40,067 nt of DNA from Candidatus Methylomirabilota bacterium (lineage in GTDB: Bacteria; Methylomirabilota; Methylomirabilia; Methylomirabilales; 2-02-FULL-66-22). Positions within the stretch are counted from its first letter, which is position 1. The number at the start of each line of letters is the position of its first letter. Shown in pieces: positions 1 through 8,330 of this stretch. The stretch is taken from assembly GCA_016180655.1 (NCBI GenBank), contig JACPAT010000026.1, positions 1 to 40,067 of the forward strand. The letters run 5' to 3'. A model generated the notes under the pieces. The model ran no database searches, was not told where the DNA came from, and worked only from the letters and a program-made list of their open reading frames with translations. Both the position numbers and the translations under genes were made by a program.

Positions 1-28
1 CTCTGGCATCAGTCGTTCGGAAAGAACC

Positions 29-113
29 ATGAACCGCCAAGGCGCCAACAACGCCGCAATTTCGAATTTCGAACTTCGAATTTCGAAACTGTCGCGGCAT
101 CATGGCGGTTCAT
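29..113. repeat. Composite palindromic repeat: 11-bp terminal inverted repeat enclosing a TTTCGAA heptamer run
   Basis: ATGAACCGCCA (29-39) is the exact reverse complement of TGGCGGTTCAT (103-113); internal ATTTCGA ATTTCGA ACTTCGA ATTTCGA; abuts the stop codon of the DapA-like gene. Confidence 0.75.
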
Positions 114-1004
114 CTAGGCGCGGAGCAGTCCCAGGTCGCGCAGGGCCACGCGGACCGCGGCGCGTTGTCCCTCGTCCATGGGGGCAAGCGGCGGGCGCGC
201 CGGCCCGACGGGCATCCCGGCGGCCGCCATGGCCTCCTTGAGCGGGAACGGGTGGTTCCTGGTGTAGATGGCCAGGATGAGGGGCATCATCCGGTGGTGG
301 AGTTCCACGGCCTTGGCGACCTCGCCCCGCTCCACGAGGTGGAAGATGTCCAGGAACAGCGTGGGCAGGATGTTGCCGCCCGTCAGGATGGCGCCCTGCC
401 CCCCCAGGGCGAAGGTGGCCAGGGCCAGGTCGTCCTCGCCCGACAGCACGGCGAACCCGGGCCGGGCCCGCCGGATCTGCTCCGAGACGATCGCCAGGTC
501 CCGCCGGCACTCCTTGACCCCGACGATGCGGGGCAGGCGGGAAAGCTCTGTCTGGAGGGCGAGATCCATGTCAATCCCCGTCCGCCCGGGGTTGTTGTAG
601 AGCAAAATCGGCAAGGCTGTCGCGTCGTGGACGGTCCGGAAGTGGTTCAGGACCCCCGCGGGCGTGGGCAGGTTGTGGTACGGCGTGAGGAGGAGGAGCG
701 CCTGGACGCCCAGCGCCTCGAAGTCCTTTGCCGCGGCCAGCGCCTGGCCCGTATTCGGCTCGAGGATGCCGGCGATGACCGGCACCCGACCCGCGACCGC
801 ATCCACGGCCGTCCGGACCACCTGCCGGCGTTCCTCGGGCGAGAGATTCACGTACTCGCCGCTGACCCCGCCTACCAGCAGGCCGTGGATCCCCCGGTCC
901 AGTTGCCAGGCGATCCGGGTCCGCAGGGTGTCAAGGTCCAGGGCCCCGTCCTCGCAAAACGGGGTCAGCAGGGCGGTGGTGATCCCGCGCGGCACCCACG
1001 ACAT
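114..1004 (-). CDS. Dihydrodipicolinate synthase (DapA/NAL) family protein
   Basis: TALLTPF, GGVSGE (GxxGE; canonical DapA has GTTGE), LYNNPGRTG, Schiff-base Lys in GVKE, LSGEDD; SD AAGGAG upstream. Confidence 0.9.
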   Translation of the reverse strand: MSWVPRGITTALLTPFCEDGALDLDTLRTRIAWQLDRGIHGLLVGGVSGEYVNLSPEERRQVVRTAVDAVAGRVPVIAGILEPNTGQALAAAKDFEALGVQALLLLTPYHNLPTPAGVLNHFRTVHDATALPILLYNNPGRTGIDMDLALQTELSRLPRIVGVKECRRDLAIVSEQIRRARPGFAVLSGEDDLALATFALGGQGAILTGGNILPTLFLDIFHLVERGEVAKAVELHHRMMPLILAIYTRNHPFPLKEAMAAAGMPVGPARPPLAPMDEGQRAAVRVALRDLGLLRA

Positions 1005-1042
1005 GACCAGCGACTCCTTGTTCCCAGGCGAACACGCCTACA

Positions 1043-1126
1043 TGCAACCGCAAATGAACGCAGATGGACGCAGATGACGATGCTTTGTTTCCCCCTGAAT
1101 CTGCGAAATCTGCGTAATCTGTGGAT
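1043..1126. repeat. CAGATGAACG-type palindromic intergenic repeat, copy 1
   Basis: 10-nt period CAAATGAACG CAGATGGACG CAGATG followed by a complementary arm AATCTGCG AAATCTGCG TAATCTGTGG; related to 8986-9089 and 20178-20257. Confidence 0.75.
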
Positions 1127-1168
1127 AAAGTAAGCCCTGGCGGTTTGCAGTTTTCTTCAGATTCCGGG

Positions 1169-2215
1169 CTACTGCTTGACGATCAGCTTCAGGCGGGAGC
1201 CGGGCGTGAGGGCGGCGTCGTCCCGGAGGCCGTTCAGGGTGGCCAGCTCGAACCGTCGGCCCTCGTCCCCCATCTCGTCCCGGGCGATGCTGCCCAGCGT
1301 GTCGCCGGCCTTCACCGTGTACACCCTGAGGCGCTGCTGATTTTTGGCCTCGCCGTATCGCAGCCGATCGAGGTGGGCCTTGTAGTTGTCGGCCTTGACC
1401 TCCAGCGCGCCTCCCTCGGCGACCAGCAGGGTCGCCATGGTGTCCGCCTTGGCGATCCGGAGGGCGGTGTCGGGGTGGGTGGCCTCGAAGCCGTGATAGG
1501 TGGACTGCCCGCGCAGGATCTCCGTGCGGCGCAGGGCCCGGAGGAACGTCACCATGCGCCGGGGATCATAGCCCGCCCGGTGGGCGTAGCGCAGGCCGAC
1601 CTCATCCGCCTCCAGCTCGTAGTCGCGCCCGTAGCCCAGCAGCATGTAATTGGTCACGTGGCTGGAGATCATGACGAGGCCGGTGGCGGCGGCACCCGAG
1701 CCGCTGGCCGCGGCCGCCCCCACGCCAAGGAGGGTGGCCAACTGGGCGCCGAAGGCCTTGGTGAGCAGCTTGGCGGCGTGACGCGAGTTGACGTGGGTCA
1801 TCTCGTGGCCGAGGATGCCGGCGAGCTGCGCCTCGTCGTTCAGCTCCGCCAGCATCCCCCGGGTGAGGTAGATGAAGCCGCCCGGCAGCGCCATGGCGTT
1901 GATGGCGGCCTGGTCCACCACCTTGAACTGGAAGCTGAACCGGGTGTCGGACGTGGCCGCCACCCGCTGGCCGATCTGGGCGATGTAGTTCTGGAGATCG
2001 GGGCCGTCGTAGTAGCCGAATCGCTTGAGGATCTCGGGATCGGCCTCGCGACCGATCTTCACATCGCCCGCCTCGTCCATGATGGTGTAGGCTTGGCCGG
2101 CGCGGGGCAGGAGGCCGGCGGCCAGGGAGGCCTGCCCCAGCGCGAGGAGAAACTGGCGGCGGCTCCAACCTCCGGAGCCGGTGGCACAGGTTGCACACCA
2201 CTGCATGATCCTCAC
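1169..2215 (-). CDS. Tat-exported M48 family Zn-metalloprotease with C-terminal LysM domain
   Basis: Twin-arginine SRRQFL; NAMALPGG, HEMTH (HExxH), ELEADE, ATHP motifs; C-terminal YTVKAGDTLGSIA...LATLNGL...LTPGSRLKL LysM. Start could be ATG 2206. Confidence 0.9.
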   Translation of the reverse strand: MRIMQWCATCATGSGGWSRRQFLLALGQASLAAGLLPRAGQAYTIMDEAGDVKIGREADPEILKRFGYYDGPDLQNYIAQIGQRVAATSDTRFSFQFKVVDQAAINAMALPGGFIYLTRGMLAELNDEAQLAGILGHEMTHVNSRHAAKLLTKAFGAQLATLLGVGAAAASGSGAAATGLVMISSHVTNYMLLGYGRDYELEADEVGLRYAHRAGYDPRRMVTFLRALRRTEILRGQSTYHGFEATHPDTALRIAKADTMATLLVAEGGALEVKADNYKAHLDRLRYGEAKNQQRLRVYTVKAGDTLGSIARDEMGDEGRRFELATLNGLRDDAALTPGSRLKLIVKQ

Positions 2216-2234
2216 CTGCCCTCGCCGGGACCGC

Positions 2235-2642
2235 TCACTGGCGCAGTCGCGCCTCCACGGCCCGGATGTTCTGCTTGGCCTTGGCGGCCAGGTCCCCCTG
2301 GGGGCTGTATTTCAGGTAGAGTTTGTACTCGGCCAGGGCCTTCCGGTAGAGCGTTCGGTCATCCGTCCCCAGCTTGGCCTTGGTGTGGTAGGAGAGCGCG
2401 AGGTTGTAGTGCGCCTCGGCGTAATCCGACTTCAACTTGACGGCCTGCTCGTATTCGGCGATCGCCTGGTCCAGGGATTCGAAGACCCGCTCGTGGTACA
2501 TGACGCCCAGTTCGTAATGGGCCTCCGCCTGCATCCGGCGATCCGGGGCCTTGGCCCCATCCGGCGCCTGGGCGGCAAGCGCTGAGGTCACGAGCGCCGC
2601 CGCGGCGAGCCCCCCGGCCAGCCAGGTTCCCCACTTCCTCAC
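2235..2642 (-). CDS. Secreted tetratricopeptide repeat protein
   Basis: Signal peptide (ALA-AQA); TPR helices AEAHYELGVMY..., QAIAEYEQAVKLKSDYAEAHYNLA; SD GAGGAGG. Confidence 0.85.
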   Translation of the reverse strand: MRKWGTWLAGGLAAAALVTSALAAQAPDGAKAPDRRMQAEAHYELGVMYHERVFESLDQAIAEYEQAVKLKSDYAEAHYNLALSYHTKAKLGTDDRTLYRKALAEYKLYLKYSPQGDLAAKAKQNIRAVEARLRQ

Positions 2643-2749
2643 CGTCCGCGTCCTCCTCTTTGCTGTCGCCTTCTCCGGGTTTCTCTCGGTTTCGTGTGGG
2701 CGGGTGAGCCTCGCTCACCGGGCCGTCCCGGTGTGGTGGGAAAACGTGC

Positions 2750-2825
2750 TGGAGCCGGCGCTCGGACTTGAACCGAGGACCTGCGGTTTACGAAACCGCT
2801 GCTCTGCCAACTGAGCTACGCCGGC
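2750..2825 (-). tRNA. tRNA-Thr(CGT)
   Basis: Reverse complement GCCGGCGTAGCTCAGTTGGCAGAGCAGCGGTTTCGTAAACCGCAGGTCCTCGGTTCAAGTCCGAGCGCCGGCTCCA: 76 nt, acceptor stem GCCGGCG/CGCCGGC, anticodon loop TT-CGT-AA, GGTTCAA T-loop, encoded CCA. Confidence 0.97.
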
Positions 2826-2835
2826 GCTCGGGCGT

Positions 2836-2864
2836 AGTCTAGTCAACTGACCGGGGGATGGCAA
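2836..2864 (-). promoter_or_regulatory. Putative sigma70 promoter of tRNA-Thr
   Basis: TTGCCA-N17-TAGACT ending 11 nt upstream of the mature tRNA. Confidence 0.65.
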
Positions 2865-2924
2865 GCCATTTCAGGGCCTGTCCTGATCGGATGACCGGGC
2901 CGGGCCCGATGGGGGCGCCGGCTA

Positions 2925-2953
2925 TTGACCCCGCCCCCAGGCGGGGATAAGCT
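2925..2953 (+). promoter_or_regulatory. Putative sigma70 promoter of nitrilase
   Basis: TTGACC-N17-TAAGCT upstream of SD GAGGAGG and ATG 2988. Confidence 0.6.
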
Positions 2954-2987
2954 GTCATTCCACACCGCTGATGGGGAGGAGGCTGCC

Positions 2988-4076
2988 ATGCAGGAGCGGG
3001 TACGGGTCGGCGCGGCGCAGGTGGCGCCGCACTTCTTCGACAAGCGCAAGACGCTGGAGAAGACCGTGCGATTCATCGAGGAGGGCGGGCGGCTGGGCCT
3101 CGACCTCCTGGTCTTTCCCGAGACCTACTTCGCCGCCTACCCGTATTGGCGGGGGGCGGTGTCGGTCCGCCGGTCCACGGAACTCGTCGTGGAGATGCAG
3201 CGGCACGCCATCCGGGCGGATGGGGAGGAGGCGGCCGTCATCGCCGATGCGGCGCGACGCGCCCGGGTCCACTGCGTCGTCGGCTGCAACGAGCTGGACG
3301 ACCGCCCGGGGAGCCTGACCTTGTACAACACCCTGCTCTTCGTGGGGCGGGGCGGGACGATCCTGGGCCGCCACCGCAAGCTCATGCCCACCCACTCGGA
3401 ACGGGTGTACTGGGGGATGGGGGATGCCGCCGACATCCGGGTCTTCGACCTGGACATCGGGGTCGTGGGCGGCCTCATCTGTTACGAGCACCACATGACG
3501 CTCCTCCGGGCGGCCATGGCCATCAAGGGGGAGGAGATCCATTGCGCGGTCTGGCCCGGCTGGTGGAAGGTGGACAGGCACCTGGGGGGAAAGAGCCCGG
3601 AGCCGGCGGCGGAGACCTGCGACATCGAGCCGGCCATCCGCGAGTACGCCATCGAGAACCAGGCCTTCGTGGTCAGCTCGAGCTGGTTCCTGCGGCCGGA
3701 CGACGTGCCGGCCGACCTCCGGGACGAGATGCGCTACAACCTGGCCGTGGGGGGCAGTTGCATCGTGAACCCGGCCGGGCTGTTCCTGGCGGGCCCCGTC
3801 TTCAACGAGGAGACCATCGTCTGGACGGAGATCGCCGCCGAGGAGCGGCGGCTGGCCAAGGCGTACTTCGATTGCCTGGGGCACTACGCGCGGTTCGACC
3901 TGCTGTCCCTGAACATCCGGGAGGAGGCGTGGTCGCCGAGCGGCCCCCGCGCACTGATGCCAGAGGCGGGGGAGCCCCGACGCGACCCGGACCTCCGGCG
4001 GGTGGCCTCCCGGTACGGGGTGCAGGTCGAGGACCTGGAGGCCTATCTCGCCCGTAGGGCGGACCGTGCAGACTAG
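2988..4076 (+). CDS. Nitrilase / carbon-nitrogen hydrolase
   Basis: Catalytic triad motifs VFPETY (E), HRKLMPT (K), GLICYEH (C); C-terminal GHYARFD; strong SD before ATG 2988. Confidence 0.93.
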   Translation: MQERVRVGAAQVAPHFFDKRKTLEKTVRFIEEGGRLGLDLLVFPETYFAAYPYWRGAVSVRRSTELVVEMQRHAIRADGEEAAVIADAARRARVHCVVGCNELDDRPGSLTLYNTLLFVGRGGTILGRHRKLMPTHSERVYWGMGDAADIRVFDLDIGVVGGLICYEHHMTLLRAAMAIKGEEIHCAVWPGWWKVDRHLGGKSPEPAAETCDIEPAIREYAIENQAFVVSSSWFLRPDDVPADLRDEMRYNLAVGGSCIVNPAGLFLAGPVFNEETIVWTEIAAEERRLAKAYFDCLGHYARFDLLSLNIREEAWSPSGPRALMPEAGEPRRDPDLRRVASRYGVQVEDLEAYLARRADRAD

Positions 4077-4326
4077 GCCGCTGATGCGGGAGGCCGCCAG
4101 GCTCCGGCGCTGGATCGGGGTCGCTGTCCTCCTGATAGCGGTGGGGATCGCCTGGGTGGTGATCCCTCGCCTGGGATCGGGGGCGCGTTCGCCCGTCGCC
4201 ATCGTCCTGGTGTGCGGGGTGGCGGTCCTCGTCATGAAGCTGGTGGAGCGGCAGGTCCACCAGTGGTTCCGGCGCTGGGCGGAGCGACAGGCAGCCCGCA
4301 CGGGCGGACGCGGAGCAAAGCCTTAG
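4066..4326 (+). CDS. Small two-TM hypothetical membrane protein
   Basis: Two hydrophobic segments (WIGVAVLLIAVGIAWVVI; VAIVLVCGVAVLVM); overlaps nitrilase stop; start may be ATG 4084. Confidence 0.6.
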   Translation: MQTRPLMREAARLRRWIGVAVLLIAVGIAWVVIPRLGSGARSPVAIVLVCGVAVLVMKLVERQVHQWFRRWAERQAARTGGRGAKP

Positions 4327-4378
4327 CGCACCTCATTCCAGCGATGCCTCCCTGGCGCATCGCGGATGTGACCCCCGC

Positions 4379-4481
4379 TTTCCGTATTTCCATTCCGCAT
4401 TCCGCAACCCTGCCTGCGCCGCGGCCTGCCTGTGCGTTGCCGCACGCAGACAGGGCGCGGCAGGCAGGCGCGCTCCGAAAT
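4379..4481. repeat. Heptamer run interrupted by nested palindromes
   Basis: TTCCGTA TTTCC ATTCCGC ATTCCGC, then outer arms CCTGCCTGC (4409-4417)/GCAGGCAGG (4460-4468) enclosing inner CCTGCCTG...CAGACAGG (4425-4454), then GCTCCGAAAT. Confidence 0.6.
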
Positions 4482-4498
4482 GTGGTGGGAGGCAGGTC

Positions 4499-5056
4499 AT
4501 GCGTAAGGTGCAACTCGGCGCATCGGTTCTGGAACTCGTCGAGGGGGACATCACCCAGCAGGACACCGAGGCCATCGTCAACGCGGCCAACACCAGCCTG
4601 CTGGGTGGGGGTGGGGTGGATGGGGCGATTCACCGGGCCGGCGGGCCGCAGATCCTGGAGGAATGCAGGAAGATCGGCGGCTGTCCCACGGGCGAGGCGC
4701 GGATCACGACGGGAGGCCGGCTGCGGGCCCGGTGGGTGATCCACACCGTGGGCCCGGTCTACCGCGACGGGAAGCACGGGGAGGCGGAGCTGCTGGCCAG
4801 TGCGTACCGGAACAGCCTGCGCCTCGCCTCGGAGCAAGGCATCCAGAGCCTGGCCTTTCCCTCCATCAGCACCGGGGCCTATGGCTATCCCATGGCCGAC
4901 GCCGCCCGCATCGCGCTGCGCACCGCCATCGAGTACCTGAAGGACCATCCAGAGGTCACGCGGGTGCGATTCGTGCTGTTCGGGTCAGCGGCGCTCCGAG
5001 CCTACGAGACGGTCCTGGACGAACTGCTCCCGCCTGAAGGCCGGAGGCCAGCCTGA
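4499..5056 (+). CDS. ymdB: Macrodomain O-acetyl-ADP-ribose deacetylase (YmdB/MacroD type)
   Basis: GDIT, AIVNAANxxLLGGGGVDGAIH, IHTVGPVY, AFPSISTGAYGYP motifs. Confidence 0.93.
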   Translation: MRKVQLGASVLELVEGDITQQDTEAIVNAANTSLLGGGGVDGAIHRAGGPQILEECRKIGGCPTGEARITTGGRLRARWVIHTVGPVYRDGKHGEAELLASAYRNSLRLASEQGIQSLAFPSISTGAYGYPMADAARIALRTAIEYLKDHPEVTRVRFVLFGSAALRAYETVLDELLPPEGRRPA

Positions 5057-5082
5057 TCCTCACGTAGCTGCCTCACTCATCT

Positions 5083-5128
5083 TCAAAAGTGTAAGGCCTG
5101 ACCCTGGGGTCAGGCCTTACACTTTTGA
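5083..5128. terminator. Perfect 22-bp inverted repeat between convergent genes (REP-like element / bidirectional terminator)
   Basis: TCAAAAGTGTAAGGCCTGACCC-TG-GGGTCAGGCCTTACACTTTTGA. Confidence 0.75.
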
Positions 5129-5135
5129 TACTCGG

Positions 5136-6638
5136 TCAGGCGCGGGAGGGGGCCCGGCTGAACCGGCGGAACAGGATGGGGTAGACGGGAGTCAGCCAGG
5201 TGAGGATGGTGAGGACCGCCAGGATGGCTGCCGTCGGGCGCGTGAAGAACTGCGTGAGGTCCCACTCACTCTTGATCATGCTCACCATGAAGTTCTGCTC
5301 GACGATGGGGCCCAGGACCATCCCCAGGACGATGGGGGCCACGGGGATGCCGTTGGCCTCGAAGAAGTAGCCCAGGATCCCCATGGCCAGCATGGTCCCG
5401 ACGTCGAACAGACTGTTGTTGATGGCGAAGGAGCCCACGATGCAGAACATCAGGATGGCCGACATGAGAATATTGCGCGGTACCCGCAGCATGGTGCTGC
5501 TGACCTTGATGGCCAGATAGCCGAAGGGAACCATCAGGATGTTGGCGATGATGAAGGACACATAGACCGCATAGACGAGCTGGGGCTGTTCCTGGAAGAT
5601 CATGGGACCGGGCCGCAAGCCCTTCATATAGAGGACGCCGATGACGATAGCCGTGATGGAGTCGCCGGGGATCCCGAAGACCAGGGCAGGAACCCAGTCC
5701 CCCGCCAGGCAGGAATTGTTGGCGGTCCCGGCGTCCACGATGGACTCGATGGAGCCCTTGCCGAACTTCTCCGGCTCCTTGGAGAACCGCCGGGAAACGG
5801 CGTAGGCGATCCAGGCGGCGATGTCGGCGCCCGCGCCCGGCAGGACCCCGATGAACGTGCCCAGGAGTCCCGATCGGCCGATGTTGACCTTGTACTTCCA
5901 CAGCGTTTCGGCCACGCCGCGAAAGATGTTCTCGGCCTTGACGGCCGTGATCGGAAACTTCAGGTGGGCGCTGGCCATGTTTCGCAGGATCTCGGAGACA
6001 CCGAAGAGGCCGATCATGGCGGGGATGAAGTCCACGCCGTTCAAGAGCTCGGTGATGCCGAAGGTGAAGCGGGGGTACCCCAGGGTGATATCAACCCCCA
6101 CCGTGGAAAAGAACAGCCCCACCAAGAGGGCCAGGCCGGCCTTGAGGGGGGAGATGCTGGCGATCATCACCGTGGCGGAGAGCCCCAGGGCCGCCAGCCA
6201 GAAGTACTCGAAGGACGTGAACGTGAGCGCCACCTCGGCCAGCAGGGGGGCGGCCGTCATCAGGATCACTGCCCCCATCAGGCCACCCATGGCCGACGTG
6301 ATGACATCCACTCCCAGGACCAGCTCCGCCTTCCCCTGCTTCGTCAGCTCGTAGGAGTCATCGGTGTAGGCGGCGGACGAGGGCGTCCCCGGGATGCGCA
6401 CCAGCGCCGCCGGGATGTCGCCGGCGAAGATGGCCATGGCCGACATGGTCACGATGGAGACCAGGGCCGCCAGCGGCTCCATGAAAAAGGTGAAAGGCAC
6501 CAGCAGGGCCGCGGCCATGGTGGCGGTCAGGCCCGGGACGGCGCCGACGAACAGCCCGAAGATGCTGCAGAGGGTAATGGTCAGCAAGAGCTTCCAACTG
6601 GTGAGCATGACCAGGGCGGCCTGGATGTTCTCGATCAT
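5136..6638 (-). CDS. tctA: Tripartite tricarboxylate transporter large permease TctA
   Basis: GAVPGLTATM, IPGTPSS, GVLPGAGADIA, FGIPGD, GLRPGP repeats; ~500 aa polytopic; start ATG 6638. Confidence 0.93.
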   Translation of the reverse strand: MIENIQAALVMLTSWKLLLTITLCSIFGLFVGAVPGLTATMAAALLVPFTFFMEPLAALVSIVTMSAMAIFAGDIPAALVRIPGTPSSAAYTDDSYELTKQGKAELVLGVDVITSAMGGLMGAVILMTAAPLLAEVALTFTSFEYFWLAALGLSATVMIASISPLKAGLALLVGLFFSTVGVDITLGYPRFTFGITELLNGVDFIPAMIGLFGVSEILRNMASAHLKFPITAVKAENIFRGVAETLWKYKVNIGRSGLLGTFIGVLPGAGADIAAWIAYAVSRRFSKEPEKFGKGSIESIVDAGTANNSCLAGDWVPALVFGIPGDSITAIVIGVLYMKGLRPGPMIFQEQPQLVYAVYVSFIIANILMVPFGYLAIKVSSTMLRVPRNILMSAILMFCIVGSFAINNSLFDVGTMLAMGILGYFFEANGIPVAPIVLGMVLGPIVEQNFMVSMIKSEWDLTQFFTRPTAAILAVLTILTWLTPVYPILFRRFSRAPSRA

Positions 6639-6642
6639 CGCC

Positions 6643-7104
6643 TTACCACCAGAGGATGCCCAGGGGCAGCGGCACACGCAAGACCTTGGCGAAGAGGAAG
6701 TGGACCAAGGTGTTGAAGACGATGGCCACCACGGCCGCCTTCACGGGGCGGACCTGAAGCCGCCACATCAGGGTGAAGATGACCAGGGCCCCCATGATGA
6801 GGAAACCCAGATGTTCCACGAGGAAGATGTAGGCGAGCACCCCCGCCAGGACAACCAGGGCGTTGATGAAGGCGGGGTTCTTGTGGAGGCGGAGCCAGGC
6901 GACCTCGTCGGTCACGTCACGCGCCCGCAGGCCCAGGAGGCTCACCAGGCCCCCGAAGACGGCCATCAGGCCGCCGAGGATCCGGGGGAAGAGGGACGGT
7001 CCCGGATGCCCGGCCTCCAGGGTGGGGTAGTTGAGGGTCCCGGCGAAAATAAGGGCGCCGGCTGCGACGAAGCCGGCGCCCACCACGGTGTCGCTGATCT
7101 TCAT
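6643..7104 (-). CDS. tctB: Tripartite tricarboxylate transporter small permease TctB
   Basis: GPSLFP motif, LGF motif, C-terminal FAKVLRVPLPLG; lies between tctC and tctA. Confidence 0.9.
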   Translation of the reverse strand: MKISDTVVGAGFVAAGALIFAGTLNYPTLEAGHPGPSLFPRILGGLMAVFGGLVSLLGLRARDVTDEVAWLRLHKNPAFINALVVLAGVLAYIFLVEHLGFLIMGALVIFTLMWRLQVRPVKAAVVAIVFNTLVHFLFAKVLRVPLPLGILWW

Positions 7105-7123
7105 GTCCGGAGCCGCGGAAACC

Positions 7124-8107
7124 CTACCTGGTGAGTCCCGCCTCTTTCATCAGGACGCCCATCGTCTCATCCTGCTCCGCCAGGAACTTCCCGAATTCGG
7201 CTGCGGGCTTGTACAGGATGCCAAACGGTCCCTTGTTCATGAAGTCAACGAACTCTTTGCTCTTCACCACCTTGTCCAGGGCCTTCTCCATCACGGCCAC
7301 GATCTCGGGAGGTGTGCCCTTGGGCAAGGCGATGCCCCGCCACGCGCCCATGGTCCAGTTGATCCCCTGCTCTTTCAGGGTGGGCACATCGGGGAAGGCC
7401 GGGTCCCGCTTGTCCGCCATGTGGGCCAGCGGCCGCACCTTGCCGGCGTCAATGAGGGGACGGCCCTCCACCAGGCTGGCCGTGACCACCTGCACGCCGC
7501 CCGCCACCAGCTCCTGCAGCCCGGTGGCCGCGCCGGTGCTGGGGACCCAGGGCATAGCGTCAATCGGAATGCCGGCCGTCTTCAGCATGCCCGCCCGGGC
7601 CAGATCCCAGATCCCGCCCTTGCCCGTGCCGGAGGCCTTGGGCTTCCCGGGGTTCGCCTTGACGTAGTCCAGCAGTTGCTTCAGGGTCTTCCACTCCGAG
7701 GTGGCAGCGACCTGCACCCCCGCCGGGTCAATGTTGAGGAGGACCGCCGGCGTGAACTCCCGATATGTCAAGGGGGTGAGGCCCATCCAGTGCATCATGG
7801 CCAGTTCCACGGTGACGATGGTGATGGTGTAGCCGTCCGGGGCGGCCGTGGCGCCGGCCGTGTGACCCACGGCGCCGCTGCCGCCGGTCCGATTGACGAC
7901 GGTCACCGGCTGGCCCAGCTCCTTCTCCAGGAGGACGGCCACCATGCGGGCGATGCGGTCCGTGCCGCCGCCGGCCGCCCACGGGCAGATGAGCTGGATC
8001 GGCCGGCTGGGATACTTGGCCTGGGCCGCGGCGGGCGCAGGCAAGGTCGTCACCAATACCAGTGCGGAGAGGAAGAGGATGAGTCCCGAACTGATCCAGC
8101 GTCGCAT
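7124..8107 (-). CDS. tctC: Tripartite tricarboxylate transporter substrate-binding protein (Bug/TctC)
   Basis: YPSRPIQLICPWAAGGGTD, VVNRTGGSGAVG, APDGYT, PDVPTLKEQG; signal peptide; SD AAGGAGG. Confidence 0.95.
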   Translation of the reverse strand: MRRWISSGLILFLSALVLVTTLPAPAAAQAKYPSRPIQLICPWAAGGGTDRIARMVAVLLEKELGQPVTVVNRTGGSGAVGHTAGATAAPDGYTITIVTVELAMMHWMGLTPLTYREFTPAVLLNIDPAGVQVAATSEWKTLKQLLDYVKANPGKPKASGTGKGGIWDLARAGMLKTAGIPIDAMPWVPSTGAATGLQELVAGGVQVVTASLVEGRPLIDAGKVRPLAHMADKRDPAFPDVPTLKEQGINWTMGAWRGIALPKGTPPEIVAVMEKALDKVVKSKEFVDFMNKGPFGILYKPAAEFGKFLAEQDETMGVLMKEAGLTR

Positions 8108-8174
8108 GAGGCCACCTCCTTGGGATGGGCCGCCTCCGGCGGCCTACCTCTGCCAAAATGCTCCCACAGCCCTG

Positions 8175-8204
8175 CACGTATCACAGGCGACGCCCGGCTG
8201 TCAA
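8175..8204 (-). promoter_or_regulatory. Putative sigma70 promoter of tctCBA
   Basis: TTGACA-N18-TACGTG with TG at the extended -10 position. Confidence 0.45.
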
Positions 8205-8330
8205 GGCGACGATGGCGAGGGTTCACCGCGGGATACATTGCCTGGTGGCGTGAGATTCGAGGGGCGAGGATGCATCCGGGGAGGGGCTCGCCACTGGAAA
8301 ATTTCGGAGTCCTGTGCTACGGTCCCTCGC

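Noticed and set aside
114-1004. Calling this gene dapA
   Set aside because: The pyruvate-binding GTTGE is GVSGE and there is no lysine-biosynthesis context, so it is left as a family-level call
2750-2825. tRNA as an integration site for a prophage or island
   Set aside because: No integrase, no convincing duplicate of the tRNA 3' end, and the flanking genes look like host genes
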